Below are positions 1 through 10,152 of a stretch of DNA of 64,000 nucleotides, piece after piece (position 1 is the first letter of the stretch; each line of letters opens with the position of its first letter). Both the position numbers and the translations under genes were made by a program. Below the pieces are notes generated by a model. The model was not told the DNA's origin, searched no databases, and saw only the letters and a program-made list of their open reading frames with translations. Origin of the DNA: Bacteroidota bacterium (GTDB taxonomy: Bacteria; Bacteroidota; Ignavibacteria; SZUA-365). The stretch covers positions 85,395 to 149,394 of the forward strand of contig QKAF01000009.1 of the NCBI GenBank assembly GCA_003246455.1, read 5' to 3'.

Positions 1-108
1 CTGCTGCCCAAAACTGGGCTGGGCGTGGGCAGTTTGCGCAACGGCAATAATGAATAATGCCAGCGCACAATGCAGCAAATGGCTGCGAACGGTCAGATAT
101 TTATTCAT
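1..108 (-). CDS. N-terminus of a secreted protein (partial, runs off window start)
   Basis: Minus-strand ATG at 108 preceded by AGAAGG; translates MNKYLTVRSHLLHCALALFIIAVAQTAHAQPSFGQQ, a Sec signal peptide with AHA-Q cleavage site; open to window edge. Confidence 0.7.
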   Translation of the reverse strand, partial: MNKYLTVRSHLLHCALALFIIAVAQTAHAQPSFGQQ

Positions 109-445
109 GTGAAGCCTTCTTATTTGTTTGAATACGTTGCTACCGTACCCTCCGGTCAGGCAGATGGTGTGTTTCTTTTTTTACCATGATTGTTATCCAA
201 GATAGTCGGATTGCCAACAATCACAAGTAATTAGTCTAAATAAATACATCCGTCCTGCTGCCGCCCACTGCGTCCACAACAACGTTCCCCCCTCCGCATC
301 ACGGGGGTTTTCTGGTATTGCCCGGGTAGGGACCGGGAGCAATGGCGCGGGGGGAGGACGGTATCGCCGGGTTGTTCCTTGCCGCGGAGGCGCGTACTTT
401 TCTTTTTGTGACAGATTTTTTCATTCCACAGGACGGCACTCCCTC

Positions 446-2737
446 ATGGCAAAATCGGCAGCCCGGCGCGGCAAAGCGGCGAACAAGGAACAACCGGCAG
501 CGTCACACAGGCGCATGGAAACATCACCACTGCCGCCGGCCTCCTTTCGCTGGACCGCCGGTGCCCTCTTCGCAGGACTGGCGCTGCTGCGCCTGGCGGC
601 GGACCGGTTTCCCGAGGCGCGCCTGTGGGGACTGTCTTTCCCGGGCTACCTGCCTTCCTGGATGGAACTTCTGATCGCATTCTTCGGTCTGCTCCTCGCG
701 TCGCCCGCCCTGTATGGATTGTTTCGATGGAAGGCCGATTTCCTTACGCGCATGCCGCCGTTCCTGGTTTCGATCCTGGCAGCCGCGGGCGGCGGAACGC
801 TTTTCTGGCTCCTGCGCATGGATACTTTTTTCCTCGGGGACGGTGCATCATACCTCGCCGAACATTTCCGCTGGGTACGGGGACTGTCGATCTCCGAGGA
901 TGTGCTGTTCTCTCCGGGCTCCGCTCCGCTGACCGCATGGATCCTCGCCAAAGGCGCCGTGCTGTTTTTCGACACCGCACACGCCGGGGCGATCACCGCT
1001 CAGCCGCAGTTCATCTTCCAGCTGACTGCCATCGTCGCCGGTGCGGTGTTCCTGTTCGTCGTCACCTATTCTTCTCTTCGCCGGGATGAGGATACGTCCC
1101 TGCGGATCGGCCGCATCGTCCTGCTTGCCGCCACACCCGGGTTCCTGTTCTTCTTCGGGTACGTGGAGTACTACACCCTGTATTTCACTGCGCTGGCGGC
1201 ATTTTTCATCGCCAGCGTCGCCTGCGCGGAAGGCCGCCTCTCGCCCGTGTGGATGATCGCGGCGTTCATTCTGAGCGCGGCGCTGCACATCATGACGCTC
1301 GTAACGCTGCCCGGACTGGCGCTCGCCCTTGCCTCCCGCGGCGGCGAACCCCTTCGCGGGCTCGTCCGCACGCGCACGCTGCTCGCCGGCGCCGCGGCCG
1401 CGCTGCTGCTTGGCGGCGTGTACTATTTCGCCTCGGGCATTTCCTCGGAGGGCAGCCGCACGATTCTTGCGCTGCAGCCTTTCGGCGAGGAGGGCGCCGT
1501 ACAGCACTATACGCTGCTTTCGGCGGCACATCTCGGTGACGTGCTCAACATGCTGCTTCTTGCGGCCGGACCCGCGCTGCTTCTGCTGGTATTGCTCCGG
1601 CGCCGGGGGACGGCCCTGCGGCCGCAGGACGTCGTCGCGCTTTCACATGTCCTGTTCACCGGCTTCCTGCTTTTCTTCGGCTACACCTGTTTCGGAATGG
1701 CGCGCGACTGGGATGTCAACGCGGGCTTCGGTGTCGCAGTGTCGCTTCTCGCGATCACCCTGCTGACGCGGCAGGAGGAAAGCCCCGCCCGATCGTATCT
1801 CGCGTATCTCGCATCCGGCGCGGCCATCGTCGCCGTCCTCCCCTGGCTGGCGGTGAACATTGACAGCGGAATGTCTGAACACCGATTCAGAGACATCATG
1901 GCACTGGATGATCGGAATGTCACCGGCGATTTCGCGCTCAACGGCTACGAACATCTGCGCAAGCATTATCAGCGCAACGGCGACACGGAACGCGAAGCCT
2001 GGGCGATCATGAAAAAGGTGGAGATGGTCGGCTACCCGGGCGATTTCCGCAAACTGCTGCGAAGCGTCACGATGAACGTGCCTGCCGCGGACCAGCAGCG
2101 ATACATGGATTTCGTCTTCGATGCGCTGAACGAAAAATTCAGGGAGATGTCCCGTCGTGGCAGCGATTCGCTCTACGCGGGGACGAAAAACGAATACGCG
2201 GAAGTCGCCGTGGAAGCGCTGCTGCAGCTGCCGCAGCTCCGGGGATTCGCGAACAGACAGGATGCCTATTTCGACATGCAGATGCAGCGCCTGTCCGAAC
2301 TGCTGCCCGGGCATCCGCTGCTCATCATGGTACGAGAGGATTACCGGTATGAACGCGGCGGGGAGTATCACGATCCCGCGCCGTTCATCAACGCCCTGCC
2401 CTACATTCGAAGCAGCAGCCTCATCGCATCGCGCGCGGGCCGTGCGCTCATCATGACGGATCGCAGACCGGAGGCGGCGATGGTGCTGCAGCGCGCGATG
2501 GAAATTGACACGACCTTCAGCCTGCCGCATTTCCTGCTGGGGTACATCGCCGCGACCGACAATCCTCCTCGTCCCGCGGATGCGATCTCGCATTTCGAAT
2601 CGTTCATCGCGCATCCGGAAGGGCATCAGCTCGGTGATGACGCCGCGGGACAGCGCCTCATCGGCCAGGCGCGCGACATGATTTCACGGATGATGAACCT
2701 TCAGCAGCAGAGTTCCCGTTCGCGATCCGGCGGATAG
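446..2737 (+). CDS. Polytopic membrane protein (GT-C glycosyltransferase-like) with C-terminal TPR region
   Basis: 763 aa; about 12 hydrophobic segments, FLGDG motif in an early extramembrane loop, FFFGYVEYY motif, soluble helical C-terminus with TPR-like AAMVLQRAMEIDTTFSLPHFLLG. Confidence 0.6.
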   Translation: MAKSAARRGKAANKEQPAASHRRMETSPLPPASFRWTAGALFAGLALLRLAADRFPEARLWGLSFPGYLPSWMELLIAFFGLLLASPALYGLFRWKADFLTRMPPFLVSILAAAGGGTLFWLLRMDTFFLGDGASYLAEHFRWVRGLSISEDVLFSPGSAPLTAWILAKGAVLFFDTAHAGAITAQPQFIFQLTAIVAGAVFLFVVTYSSLRRDEDTSLRIGRIVLLAATPGFLFFFGYVEYYTLYFTALAAFFIASVACAEGRLSPVWMIAAFILSAALHIMTLVTLPGLALALASRGGEPLRGLVRTRTLLAGAAAALLLGGVYYFASGISSEGSRTILALQPFGEEGAVQHYTLLSAAHLGDVLNMLLLAAGPALLLLVLLRRRGTALRPQDVVALSHVLFTGFLLFFGYTCFGMARDWDVNAGFGVAVSLLAITLLTRQEESPARSYLAYLASGAAIVAVLPWLAVNIDSGMSEHRFRDIMALDDRNVTGDFALNGYEHLRKHYQRNGDTEREAWAIMKKVEMVGYPGDFRKLLRSVTMNVPAADQQRYMDFVFDALNEKFREMSRRGSDSLYAGTKNEYAEVAVEALLQLPQLRGFANRQDAYFDMQMQRLSELLPGHPLLIMVREDYRYERGGEYHDPAPFINALPYIRSSSLIASRAGRALIMTDRRPEAAMVLQRAMEIDTTFSLPHFLLGYIAATDNPPRPADAISHFESFIAHPEGHQLGDDAAGQRLIGQARDMISRMMNLQQQSSRSRSGG

Positions 2738-3051
2738 TACCGCTTTTTCGCACTGCCTCATCTTCAGGTCATGGAACGGTTATCCCCTCGACACTGTTGT
2801 CGGGATATCGAGTCGTTCCATGACACTTCCAACGCAACACACTGCAGTACCCCACCCGCGTGGAAACACACGGCTGCGATGCCGCACACGCGCGCCGCTG
2901 CAGGCCCCCTGTAAAGACTGTCAGCCGGACAGCCGGACCGGGAGTTCCGTACCGATCCCGCTTCCCGCAATACCCCTTTCCCGTTCGCACGCACCGGGGA
3001 CATTCGCCGATGCGCACGGGAACATTCTCCACTGTACTTCGGGAGAAAATC

Positions 3052-5511
3052 ATGAATACCGCATCAGCATCCGCGGGGAACGCGATTCGCGACCCGCAGG
3101 AAGTCCTGCGCGACCTCCACAGTACCCCGGAAGGGCTCACCGCCGACGAGGTCACGCGCCGGCGTGAGCGGGACGGATACAACGAGCTTCCCGAGAAAAA
3201 GGACAACCCCATCCTTGTTTTCCTGCGATACTTCTGGGGACCCATTCCGTGGATGATCGAGATCGCGACCGTTCTTTCCGCGATCGTCGGTCACTGGGCG
3301 GATTTTGTCATCATTCTCGTCCTCCTGTTCATGAACGGCATCGTCGGATTCTGGGAGGAATTCCAGGCCGGCAACGCCATCGCGGCGCTGAAGGCCCGGC
3401 TGGCGCTCAACGCCCGTGTTCGACGAAACGGCACATGGGCCAGCATCCCGGCGCGGGAGCTGGTCACGGGAGATATCATACGACTGCGCCTCGGGGATAT
3501 CATCCCGGCAGACGCGGTACTGCTGGAAGGCGATGACGTCGAGGTCGACCAGTCGGCCCTGACGGGAGAATCCCTGCCGGTCACGCATTCCCCCGGCGAG
3601 GTAGTATTCTCGGGTTCGGTCATGCGAAAGGGGGAAGTCGAGGCGGTGGTGAGCGCGACAGGCGTCCGGACGTTCTTCGGCCGGACGGCGAAACTGGTCG
3701 AGGACGCGCACACGCAGAGCCATTTCCAGAAAGCCGTTCTGAAGATCGGCGATTACCTCATCATCGTCGCCATCGTTCTCGTCGTGCTCATTTTCTCCGT
3801 GGCCCTGTTCCGCGGCGAGTCCATTCTCGCGACGCTGCAGTTTGCACTCATCCTCACCATCGCCGCCGTTCCCGTGGCGCTGCCTGCCGTGATGTCGGTG
3901 ACGATGGCCGTCGGCGCCCGGCTGCTGTCAAAGAAGAATGCGCTGGTCAGTCGACTTTCCTCCATCGAGGAACTCGCGGGCACGGATGTCCTATGCTCCG
4001 ATAAAACCGGTACGCTCACGAAAAACGAGCTCTCCCTCGGCGACCCCGCGTGTATCGGGGATGCCACGCCGGAAGAGACGGTGCTTGCCGCCGCCCTTTC
4101 GTCGCGCGAGGAGGACCAGGATGCCATCGATATGGCCGTGATCGGGGGCGTCCACGACCGCGGTGCGCTTGCACGCTGCACGATCAGGAAATTCACGCCC
4201 TTCGACCCCGTGCATAAGCGCACCGAGGCCGAGGTCGAAGACGATGAAGGCCGGCGTTTCCGCGTCAGCAAAGGGGCTCCGCAGGTCATCCTCGCGCTCG
4301 TCCCGGATGCGGATGCCATCCGCCCGCAGGTCGAAAGCATTGTCAATGCCTTCGCCGCCCGCGGTTTCCGTTCTCTCGGCGTCGCGCGCGCGGACGGTGA
4401 CGGCGCGTTCCGATTCCTCGGGATTCTCCCGCTCTACGATCCACCGCGGGACGATTCGCGCGACACCATCGCCACGGCGGCGGATATGGGTATCGATGTG
4501 AAGATGGTCACCGGAGATCAGATCGCGATCGCGCGGGAGATCGCCGGGCAGCTCGGGATGAAAAAAAACATCATGGACGCCCGCATCCTCGAGGAGGCAA
4601 AAACGCATGAGGCGGGAGAACTGGCGGAACGCATCGAGCACATCGACGGGTTCGCCCAGGTGTTCCCCGAGCACAAGTACCATATCATCGAGTCGCTGCA
4701 GCAGCGCGGACACATCGTGGCTATGACCGGTGACGGCGTCAATGACGCTCCCGCACTGAAAAAAGCCGATGCCGGCATCGCCGTATCCGGCGCGACCGAC
4801 GCCGCACGATCGGCGGCAGACATCGTGCTGATGACACCCGGGCTCTCGGTCATCATCGACGCGATCCGCGAGAGCCGGAAGATCTTCCAGCGCATGAACA
4901 GCTATGCCATCTACCGTATCGCGGAGACATTTCGCGTCCTGCTTTTCATGACGCTGTCCATCCTGGTATTCAACTTCTACCCCGTGACCGCGATCATGAT
5001 CGTATTTCTCGCCCTGCTGAACGACGGGCCGATTCTCGCCATCGCGTACGACAACGTACGTCCGGGAGCGCGGCCGGAGCGCTGGGACATGCCCATGGTC
5101 ATGGCGATATCCAGCGTGCTCGGGCTCGCGGGCGTGATCGCCTCCTTCGGACTTTTCTTCATCGCGGAACGCGTCATGCACCTGGACGCGGCGGTCATCC
5201 AGACCTTCATGTTCCTGAAGCTTGCGGTCGCTGGTCACCTGACGGTATTCGTGACACGGACCCGCGGACCGTTCTGGTCGTCGAGACCCTCGCCGGTGCT
5301 GTTCTGGTCGGCGGTCCTCACGAAGATTCTCGCGACGCTTGCGGCGGTCTACGGATTCTTCATGACACCGATCGGCTGGGAACTGTCCCTGATCATATGG
5401 GGGTATGCGATCGTGTGGTTCTTCCTCAACGACCGCATCAAACTCGTCGCGTATCGCATCTTCGAACACTCCGGCTCCTGGCTGTTCGCCAGGCACCCAT
5501 CCACACATTAA
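3052..5511 (+). CDS. Plasma-membrane proton-efflux P-type ATPase (P3A family)
   Basis: LTGES, CSDKTGTLT phosphorylation site, PFDPVHKRT, KGAPQ, MTGDGVNDAPALKKAD; FWGPIPWMIE and ALLNDG are typical of H+-ATPases; start ATG 3052 after GGGAGA. Confidence 0.9.
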   Translation: MNTASASAGNAIRDPQEVLRDLHSTPEGLTADEVTRRRERDGYNELPEKKDNPILVFLRYFWGPIPWMIEIATVLSAIVGHWADFVIILVLLFMNGIVGFWEEFQAGNAIAALKARLALNARVRRNGTWASIPARELVTGDIIRLRLGDIIPADAVLLEGDDVEVDQSALTGESLPVTHSPGEVVFSGSVMRKGEVEAVVSATGVRTFFGRTAKLVEDAHTQSHFQKAVLKIGDYLIIVAIVLVVLIFSVALFRGESILATLQFALILTIAAVPVALPAVMSVTMAVGARLLSKKNALVSRLSSIEELAGTDVLCSDKTGTLTKNELSLGDPACIGDATPEETVLAAALSSREEDQDAIDMAVIGGVHDRGALARCTIRKFTPFDPVHKRTEAEVEDDEGRRFRVSKGAPQVILALVPDADAIRPQVESIVNAFAARGFRSLGVARADGDGAFRFLGILPLYDPPRDDSRDTIATAADMGIDVKMVTGDQIAIAREIAGQLGMKKNIMDARILEEAKTHEAGELAERIEHIDGFAQVFPEHKYHIIESLQQRGHIVAMTGDGVNDAPALKKADAGIAVSGATDAARSAADIVLMTPGLSVIIDAIRESRKIFQRMNSYAIYRIAETFRVLLFMTLSILVFNFYPVTAIMIVFLALLNDGPILAIAYDNVRPGARPERWDMPMVMAISSVLGLAGVIASFGLFFIAERVMHLDAAVIQTFMFLKLAVAGHLTVFVTRTRGPFWSSRPSPVLFWSAVLTKILATLAAVYGFFMTPIGWELSLIIWGYAIVWFFLNDRIKLVAYRIFEHSGSWLFARHPSTH

Positions 5512-5521
5512 GGAGTTCGTC

Positions 5522-6049
5522 ATGGCATCGAATAGCAGTCCGGCACAACTGAACGAAGAACAGCGGGAACGCATCCCCGCCCTCATCAGGGATCTCGGCA
5601 GCAGGCAATGGCAGAAGCGGCAGTCGGCTCGCATCGCCCTCGCTGAAATGGGACGACCGGCGGTGGATTTCCTGGCGGAACTGATCGAGCATCCCGCGCA
5701 TGTCTACCGATGGGAGTGCCTCAAAACGCTTGTTCAGATCGCCGATCCCAATGCCCTGGAGCTGTTTCTGCTGGCACTCGAGGACGAAAATTTCGACATC
5801 CGCTGGCTGGCTGCGGAGGGACTGATAAAACTCGGTCCTTCCGCCGCGGTCCCGATGCTCGAATACCTCATGGCGAACATGAGCTCGGAGGCTGTCCGCG
5901 ACGGAGCGCGTCATGTGCTGAAAGCGCTGCGGCATAAGCTGAAAGGGAAAAAAGAGCTCGACGAGCTGATCACCGCGCTGCAGCATACCACCGACGCCGG
6001 CAGCATCAGCATGCGAAGCTATACGCTGCTTCGCCGCCTGCAGTCCTGA
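5522..6049 (+). CDS. HEAT/PBS-lyase repeat protein
   Basis: AAGGAG SD then ATG 5522; repeats LIRDLGSRQWQKRQSARIALAEMG and LEDENFDIRWLAAEGLIKLG. Confidence 0.75.
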   Translation: MASNSSPAQLNEEQRERIPALIRDLGSRQWQKRQSARIALAEMGRPAVDFLAELIEHPAHVYRWECLKTLVQIADPNALELFLLALEDENFDIRWLAAEGLIKLGPSAAVPMLEYLMANMSSEAVRDGARHVLKALRHKLKGKKELDELITALQHTTDAGSISMRSYTLLRRLQS

Positions 6050-6330
6050 GCCGCACTCCGTGTGCGGCCCGGTGCCCGTGTCTGCGTCCATGGACAGCCG
6101 GACGCAGCAGTGTTCCCCGCACGCGCTTGCGCCTGACCGGAAAAATGAATAATGTCCGGACGTCATTCTGAAGTATCCGCTTTCATAAGAGTGCAGCCCG
6201 CGTACTCTGCAGGATTGTGACACCGCAGTACCCGCAGTGATGCCGCACGGCCTTGCTCTCTTGCGAGATCCACCGTGACCGTTTTCGTCTGACCTTCCAC
6301 TCCTTTTCATAGAACAGGCCGGAAATCGTC

Positions 6331-7125
6331 ATGAAAACCATCGTCGCCATATTCCTGTTCATGCTGTTCCCACTCACCGTGTCGGCACAGATTCTTTATA
6401 CCGACATTTCACCGGACACGCTCCTCGCCGACGACAACATCACCCCCGGGCAATACCAGCTCGATCTTGACAGCGACGGCAGCGTCGACTTTTTCTTCAT
6501 GCATTTCTTCTATCCCGTACCGGTGTATGTCCTCTCGATATACACCCAGTACAACCAGCCGCACGAGATTCTCGTCGATATGGACAACCGCGTCACCGCC
6601 CTCGAGCGCGGAGACCAGATCGACGAGTCCCGGACCACCTGGCTATGCACCGCTGAAGGGGGACAGAGTGCCGGTCTTTCCTTCGCATCGGGATGGCGGG
6701 GAACCGGGGACCGGTTCATCGGACTGCGCGTCTTCGACGGACAGGGCTGGCGTTATGGCTGGCTCCAGGCGCAGCTGCCTGCCGACGAGAGCTGGATCCT
6801 GCTGAAGGCGTATGCCGTTCAGATGACTTCGGGGACGACCATCAACGCGGGCGACACCGGACTCAACAGCGTTCAGCAGCCCCCTGTCTCCTCCCGGCTC
6901 CGCATTCGCGTCGATGGCCGCTTCGTGGAAGTGGACGCGGAACGGCCCCGCATGCTGAACGTCACGGTGTACGACGTCATCGGGAACGCGCGCCTGCAGC
7001 GAAACACCTTCGGCGACCGAATGTCCGTCGACCTCTCCGCGCTTCCGCAGGGAGTCTATTTTCTCCGCGCACACGACGGAAGGGAGGTCAGCATCCAACG
7101 CCTGATGCTGTACGAACGGCGGTGA
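6331..7125 (+). CDS. Secreted protein with T9SS-type C-terminal sorting domain
   Basis: Signal peptide ending VSA-Q, LDLDSDGSVDF Ca-binding-like motif, RYGWLQ, C-terminus VYDVIG...VDLSALPQGVYFLR. Confidence 0.75.
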   Translation: MKTIVAIFLFMLFPLTVSAQILYTDISPDTLLADDNITPGQYQLDLDSDGSVDFFFMHFFYPVPVYVLSIYTQYNQPHEILVDMDNRVTALERGDQIDESRTTWLCTAEGGQSAGLSFASGWRGTGDRFIGLRVFDGQGWRYGWLQAQLPADESWILLKAYAVQMTSGTTINAGDTGLNSVQQPPVSSRLRIRVDGRFVEVDAERPRMLNVTVYDVIGNARLQRNTFGDRMSVDLSALPQGVYFLRAHDGREVSIQRLMLYERR

Positions 7126-7350
7126 TCCGGCCGCGATTTCCCGCGATGCGGCTGCCTCATGCATCGGCCGGGGAACGCATGCCACCCTGACAAAATTGTA
7201 ATCCCCAGTTCAGATTTCCGAAAGATACGCGGACTAGATTGGGGTACACTCCCGGAACGCAACCGCGACCACGGGATCGACGTGGTGTTCCTTGAGGACC
7301 GTTCCGGTTCCTCACGGAACCCATGGCATACCCATTACATGGAGGCCAGA

Positions 7351-9990
7351 ATGCACCTTTCTCGTTACCCTGTGAAAAACCGCGCGGGGATCATAGCCAC
7401 GCTGACAATAGCGCTGCTGGCCTTCCTCTGCCTCGGGCAGCCCGTTACCGCGCAGCTCCACGGATCGTACACCATCGACGGCGCTGTCGCGACCGGCGGG
7501 ACGAACTACCAGACCTTCTCCGATGCGGCTGCGGATCTCGTGCTGCAGGGGCTCAGCGGTGATGTCACCTTCTCGGTGTCTCCGGGCCTGTACACCGAGT
7601 CCTTTACCATTCCCGCGCTCACGTACACGGGAACGTCGACGTACTGGTCGGTTCTTTTCGACGGCGGCGCAGGGAATGCGGCCAGCTGCGTGATTTCATA
7701 CGACATACCGGTCAACAACGAGGCGGTCATCACCCTCGACGGCGCGGATCATGTAACCTTCCGCAACCTTACCATCCGATCGACGAATGCCACGCACGGC
7801 ATCGGGGTTCTTTTCACGAATGCCGCGGATTACAACACGATTCTCGACTGCGCGATAGAACTGCCGGCATCGGGCAGCAGCACATACTGCTCGGGGATTC
7901 TTGCCAGCTCTAAAACCGTCTACTCCGGCACCGGGAATCACGGGAGCTACAATCGCGTGGAGAACAACACGATTACCGGCGGCTTCTACGGCGTCCGGTG
8001 GAACGGCTACGGCAGCGGCGATTTTGCCATTTCCCGCGGCAACCTCTTCATACGCAATACGATTACCGATTTCTATTATTCCGGTCTGTTTCTCTATTTT
8101 GGGGCCGCGGTCACGGCGCGCGGAAACCGTCTCATTGAAAGACCGGTTGCGTCACCGGGCAGCTACGCCGTCTACGCCTGGTACCTCAACGACGGCTCGG
8201 AGATCAGCGGCAACTACGGCCGTGCGCATACCAGCTTCTACGCGTTCAGACTCAACAACGCGTACGATGCCGGGAATCCAGGCAACCGCGCCCGCGTGTT
8301 CAACAACATGATGATTTCCGAGGGAAGCGGTACAATCTACGGTTTCAATCTCGAGTACCCCACCAACACCGACATCCTGTACAATTCCTGCGTCGCGCGC
8401 TCGACGACGGGAACGGTGTACGGATTCCGCAGCTATCGCGCCGCGACAGCGGGCGCGGGGACGGAGCTGCGTTTCCTCAACAACATTTTCAGCTGTTCCA
8501 CCAGCGGTGCGATATACGCCCTGCACGAAACGCCGTCAGGGGCGAACGCCTACAGCGCGTGCGACTACAATCTTTTCCACATGGACGGAAGCGGGACGCT
8601 GCACCGGTACCAGTGGGACGGCCTGACGTACGTGACGCTGCCCGACATGCAGACTGCCGTTCCGGGATTTCACCAGCACACGGCTGAGGCGGACCCGATG
8701 TGGGCCAGCAGTACGGATCTCCACAGTGCGTCGCCCGCTGTCACCGCTGCAGGAACCCCCGTTGCAGGCATCACCGATGACTATGACGGCGACAACCGCG
8801 GCGGCGTACCCTGCATCGGCGCCGATGAATTCGGCACCTGCACCATCACCTGTCCCGCGAACATCGTCGCGGACAACACGACGGGCGCCTGCGGTACGGT
8901 GGTCTCATTCGCTCCCGTCACAAGCGCCGGCTGCGGCCTCGTGAGCAGCACACCGCCCTCCGGATCCTTCTTCCCGGTCGGCTCCACCCCGGTCGTGTGC
9001 TCGACGGAGGCAGGTCCCCAGTGCACGTTCATGGTCACCGTCATCGACACGGAAGCACCGGTGATCGCGGCGCCGAACGTCCGCGCGACGACCGATCCGG
9101 GGCGATGCGACGCCGTCGTGAATTTCACCCCGACCGCCACCGACAACTGTTCCGGCGTCGGCGCAGTCACCTGCACTCCCCCGAGCGGATCGATTTTCCC
9201 GAAGGGCACGACCACTGTATTCTGTACCGTCACGGATGCGCACGGGAACGTCGCGTCGACCAGTTTCGACGTCACGGTCACCGACGCGGAAGCACCGATC
9301 ATTTCCCTGAATGCGCCCACCTCGATCTGGCCGCCGAATCGGAAGTACGTCACGGTTACCGTTGCACAGATGATCGCGGCCGTCACCGACAACTGCGATC
9401 TGCTGTCCGCCGCTGACGTCCGCATCGTAATGGCGACGAGCGACGAACCGGAGACCGGCGGCGGATCGGGAAACACGCTGGACGATATGGTCATCGCGCA
9501 GGACTGTCAGTCGATCGACCTGCGCAGTGAACGCGATGCCACCGAAAACGGCCGCGTTTACAGCGTCACGCTGCACGTCGCCGATCTCTCGGGCAATGCT
9601 GCGACCGCGGTGTACAAGGTATTCATACCGGCCAACAACAGCGGCGCGTGCGTGGAAGACCCGCCCGTGTATTCCGTCGCTTCCCAGTGCGGAGTGGCGA
9701 AAGCACGCGGCACGCGCTCGATCCCGGAAGGCCTTACGCTTGAGCAGAACTATCCGAATCCCTTCAACCCGAGCACGACGATCGTGTATTCCGTTCCTGC
9801 CGATGCGCGCGCCACGGTCCGCATCTTCGACAGCTACGGGCGCCTGGTCGAGACCCTGGCCGACGACGTCGTGACGGGCGGACGGCATTCCCTGATTTTC
9901 GATGCGCGCGACCTTCCCAGCGGAACGTACTTCTGCCGGCTCCAGGCCGACGGGCACGTACTGCAGCGGACGATGACGCTGATCAAGTAA
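7351..9990 (+). CDS. Secreted beta-helix / HYR-domain protein with T9SS C-terminal domain
   Basis: GGAGG SD before ATG 7351; signal peptide, parallel beta-helix repeats, PCIGADE, HYR repeats (PPSGSFFPVG; PPSGSIFPKGTTTVFCTVTDAHGN), IWPPNRKY, LEQNYPNPFNPST CTD. Confidence 0.8.
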   Translation: MHLSRYPVKNRAGIIATLTIALLAFLCLGQPVTAQLHGSYTIDGAVATGGTNYQTFSDAAADLVLQGLSGDVTFSVSPGLYTESFTIPALTYTGTSTYWSVLFDGGAGNAASCVISYDIPVNNEAVITLDGADHVTFRNLTIRSTNATHGIGVLFTNAADYNTILDCAIELPASGSSTYCSGILASSKTVYSGTGNHGSYNRVENNTITGGFYGVRWNGYGSGDFAISRGNLFIRNTITDFYYSGLFLYFGAAVTARGNRLIERPVASPGSYAVYAWYLNDGSEISGNYGRAHTSFYAFRLNNAYDAGNPGNRARVFNNMMISEGSGTIYGFNLEYPTNTDILYNSCVARSTTGTVYGFRSYRAATAGAGTELRFLNNIFSCSTSGAIYALHETPSGANAYSACDYNLFHMDGSGTLHRYQWDGLTYVTLPDMQTAVPGFHQHTAEADPMWASSTDLHSASPAVTAAGTPVAGITDDYDGDNRGGVPCIGADEFGTCTITCPANIVADNTTGACGTVVSFAPVTSAGCGLVSSTPPSGSFFPVGSTPVVCSTEAGPQCTFMVTVIDTEAPVIAAPNVRATTDPGRCDAVVNFTPTATDNCSGVGAVTCTPPSGSIFPKGTTTVFCTVTDAHGNVASTSFDVTVTDAEAPIISLNAPTSIWPPNRKYVTVTVAQMIAAVTDNCDLLSAADVRIVMATSDEPETGGGSGNTLDDMVIAQDCQSIDLRSERDATENGRVYSVTLHVADLSGNAATAVYKVFIPANNSGACVEDPPVYSVASQCGVAKARGTRSIPEGLTLEQNYPNPFNPSTTIVYSVPADARATVRIFDSYGRLVETLADDVVTGGRHSLIFDARDLPSGTYFCRLQADGHVLQRTMTLIK

Positions 9991-10026
9991 TCCCGGGCTC
10001 CGGCAGGGACACCTGCCATTGAACGC

Positions 10027-10056
10027 GAAACGGCAATCACTGATGATTGCCGTTTC
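10027..10056. terminator. Hairpin between convergent genes (probable bidirectional terminator)
   Basis: GAAACGGCAATCA-CTGA-TGATTGCCGTTTC, perfect 13-bp stem. Confidence 0.6.
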
Positions 10057-10152
10057 CATTTTACCGTCCCGCGTCCTCGCGCCGCACACGATTGCATGCC
10101 CTGCACCGCTTCATGCCGGATCGTGAATGACACACGCCGGCGGGATGCTCCA

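Noticed and set aside
2860..3051. N-terminal extensions in the ORF track (also starts at 7159, 11901, 12619, 25741, 25894, 29533, 42515, 51207, 56939, 57168)
   Set aside because: Downstream starts have SD sites and/or match family N-termini; the extensions look non-coding
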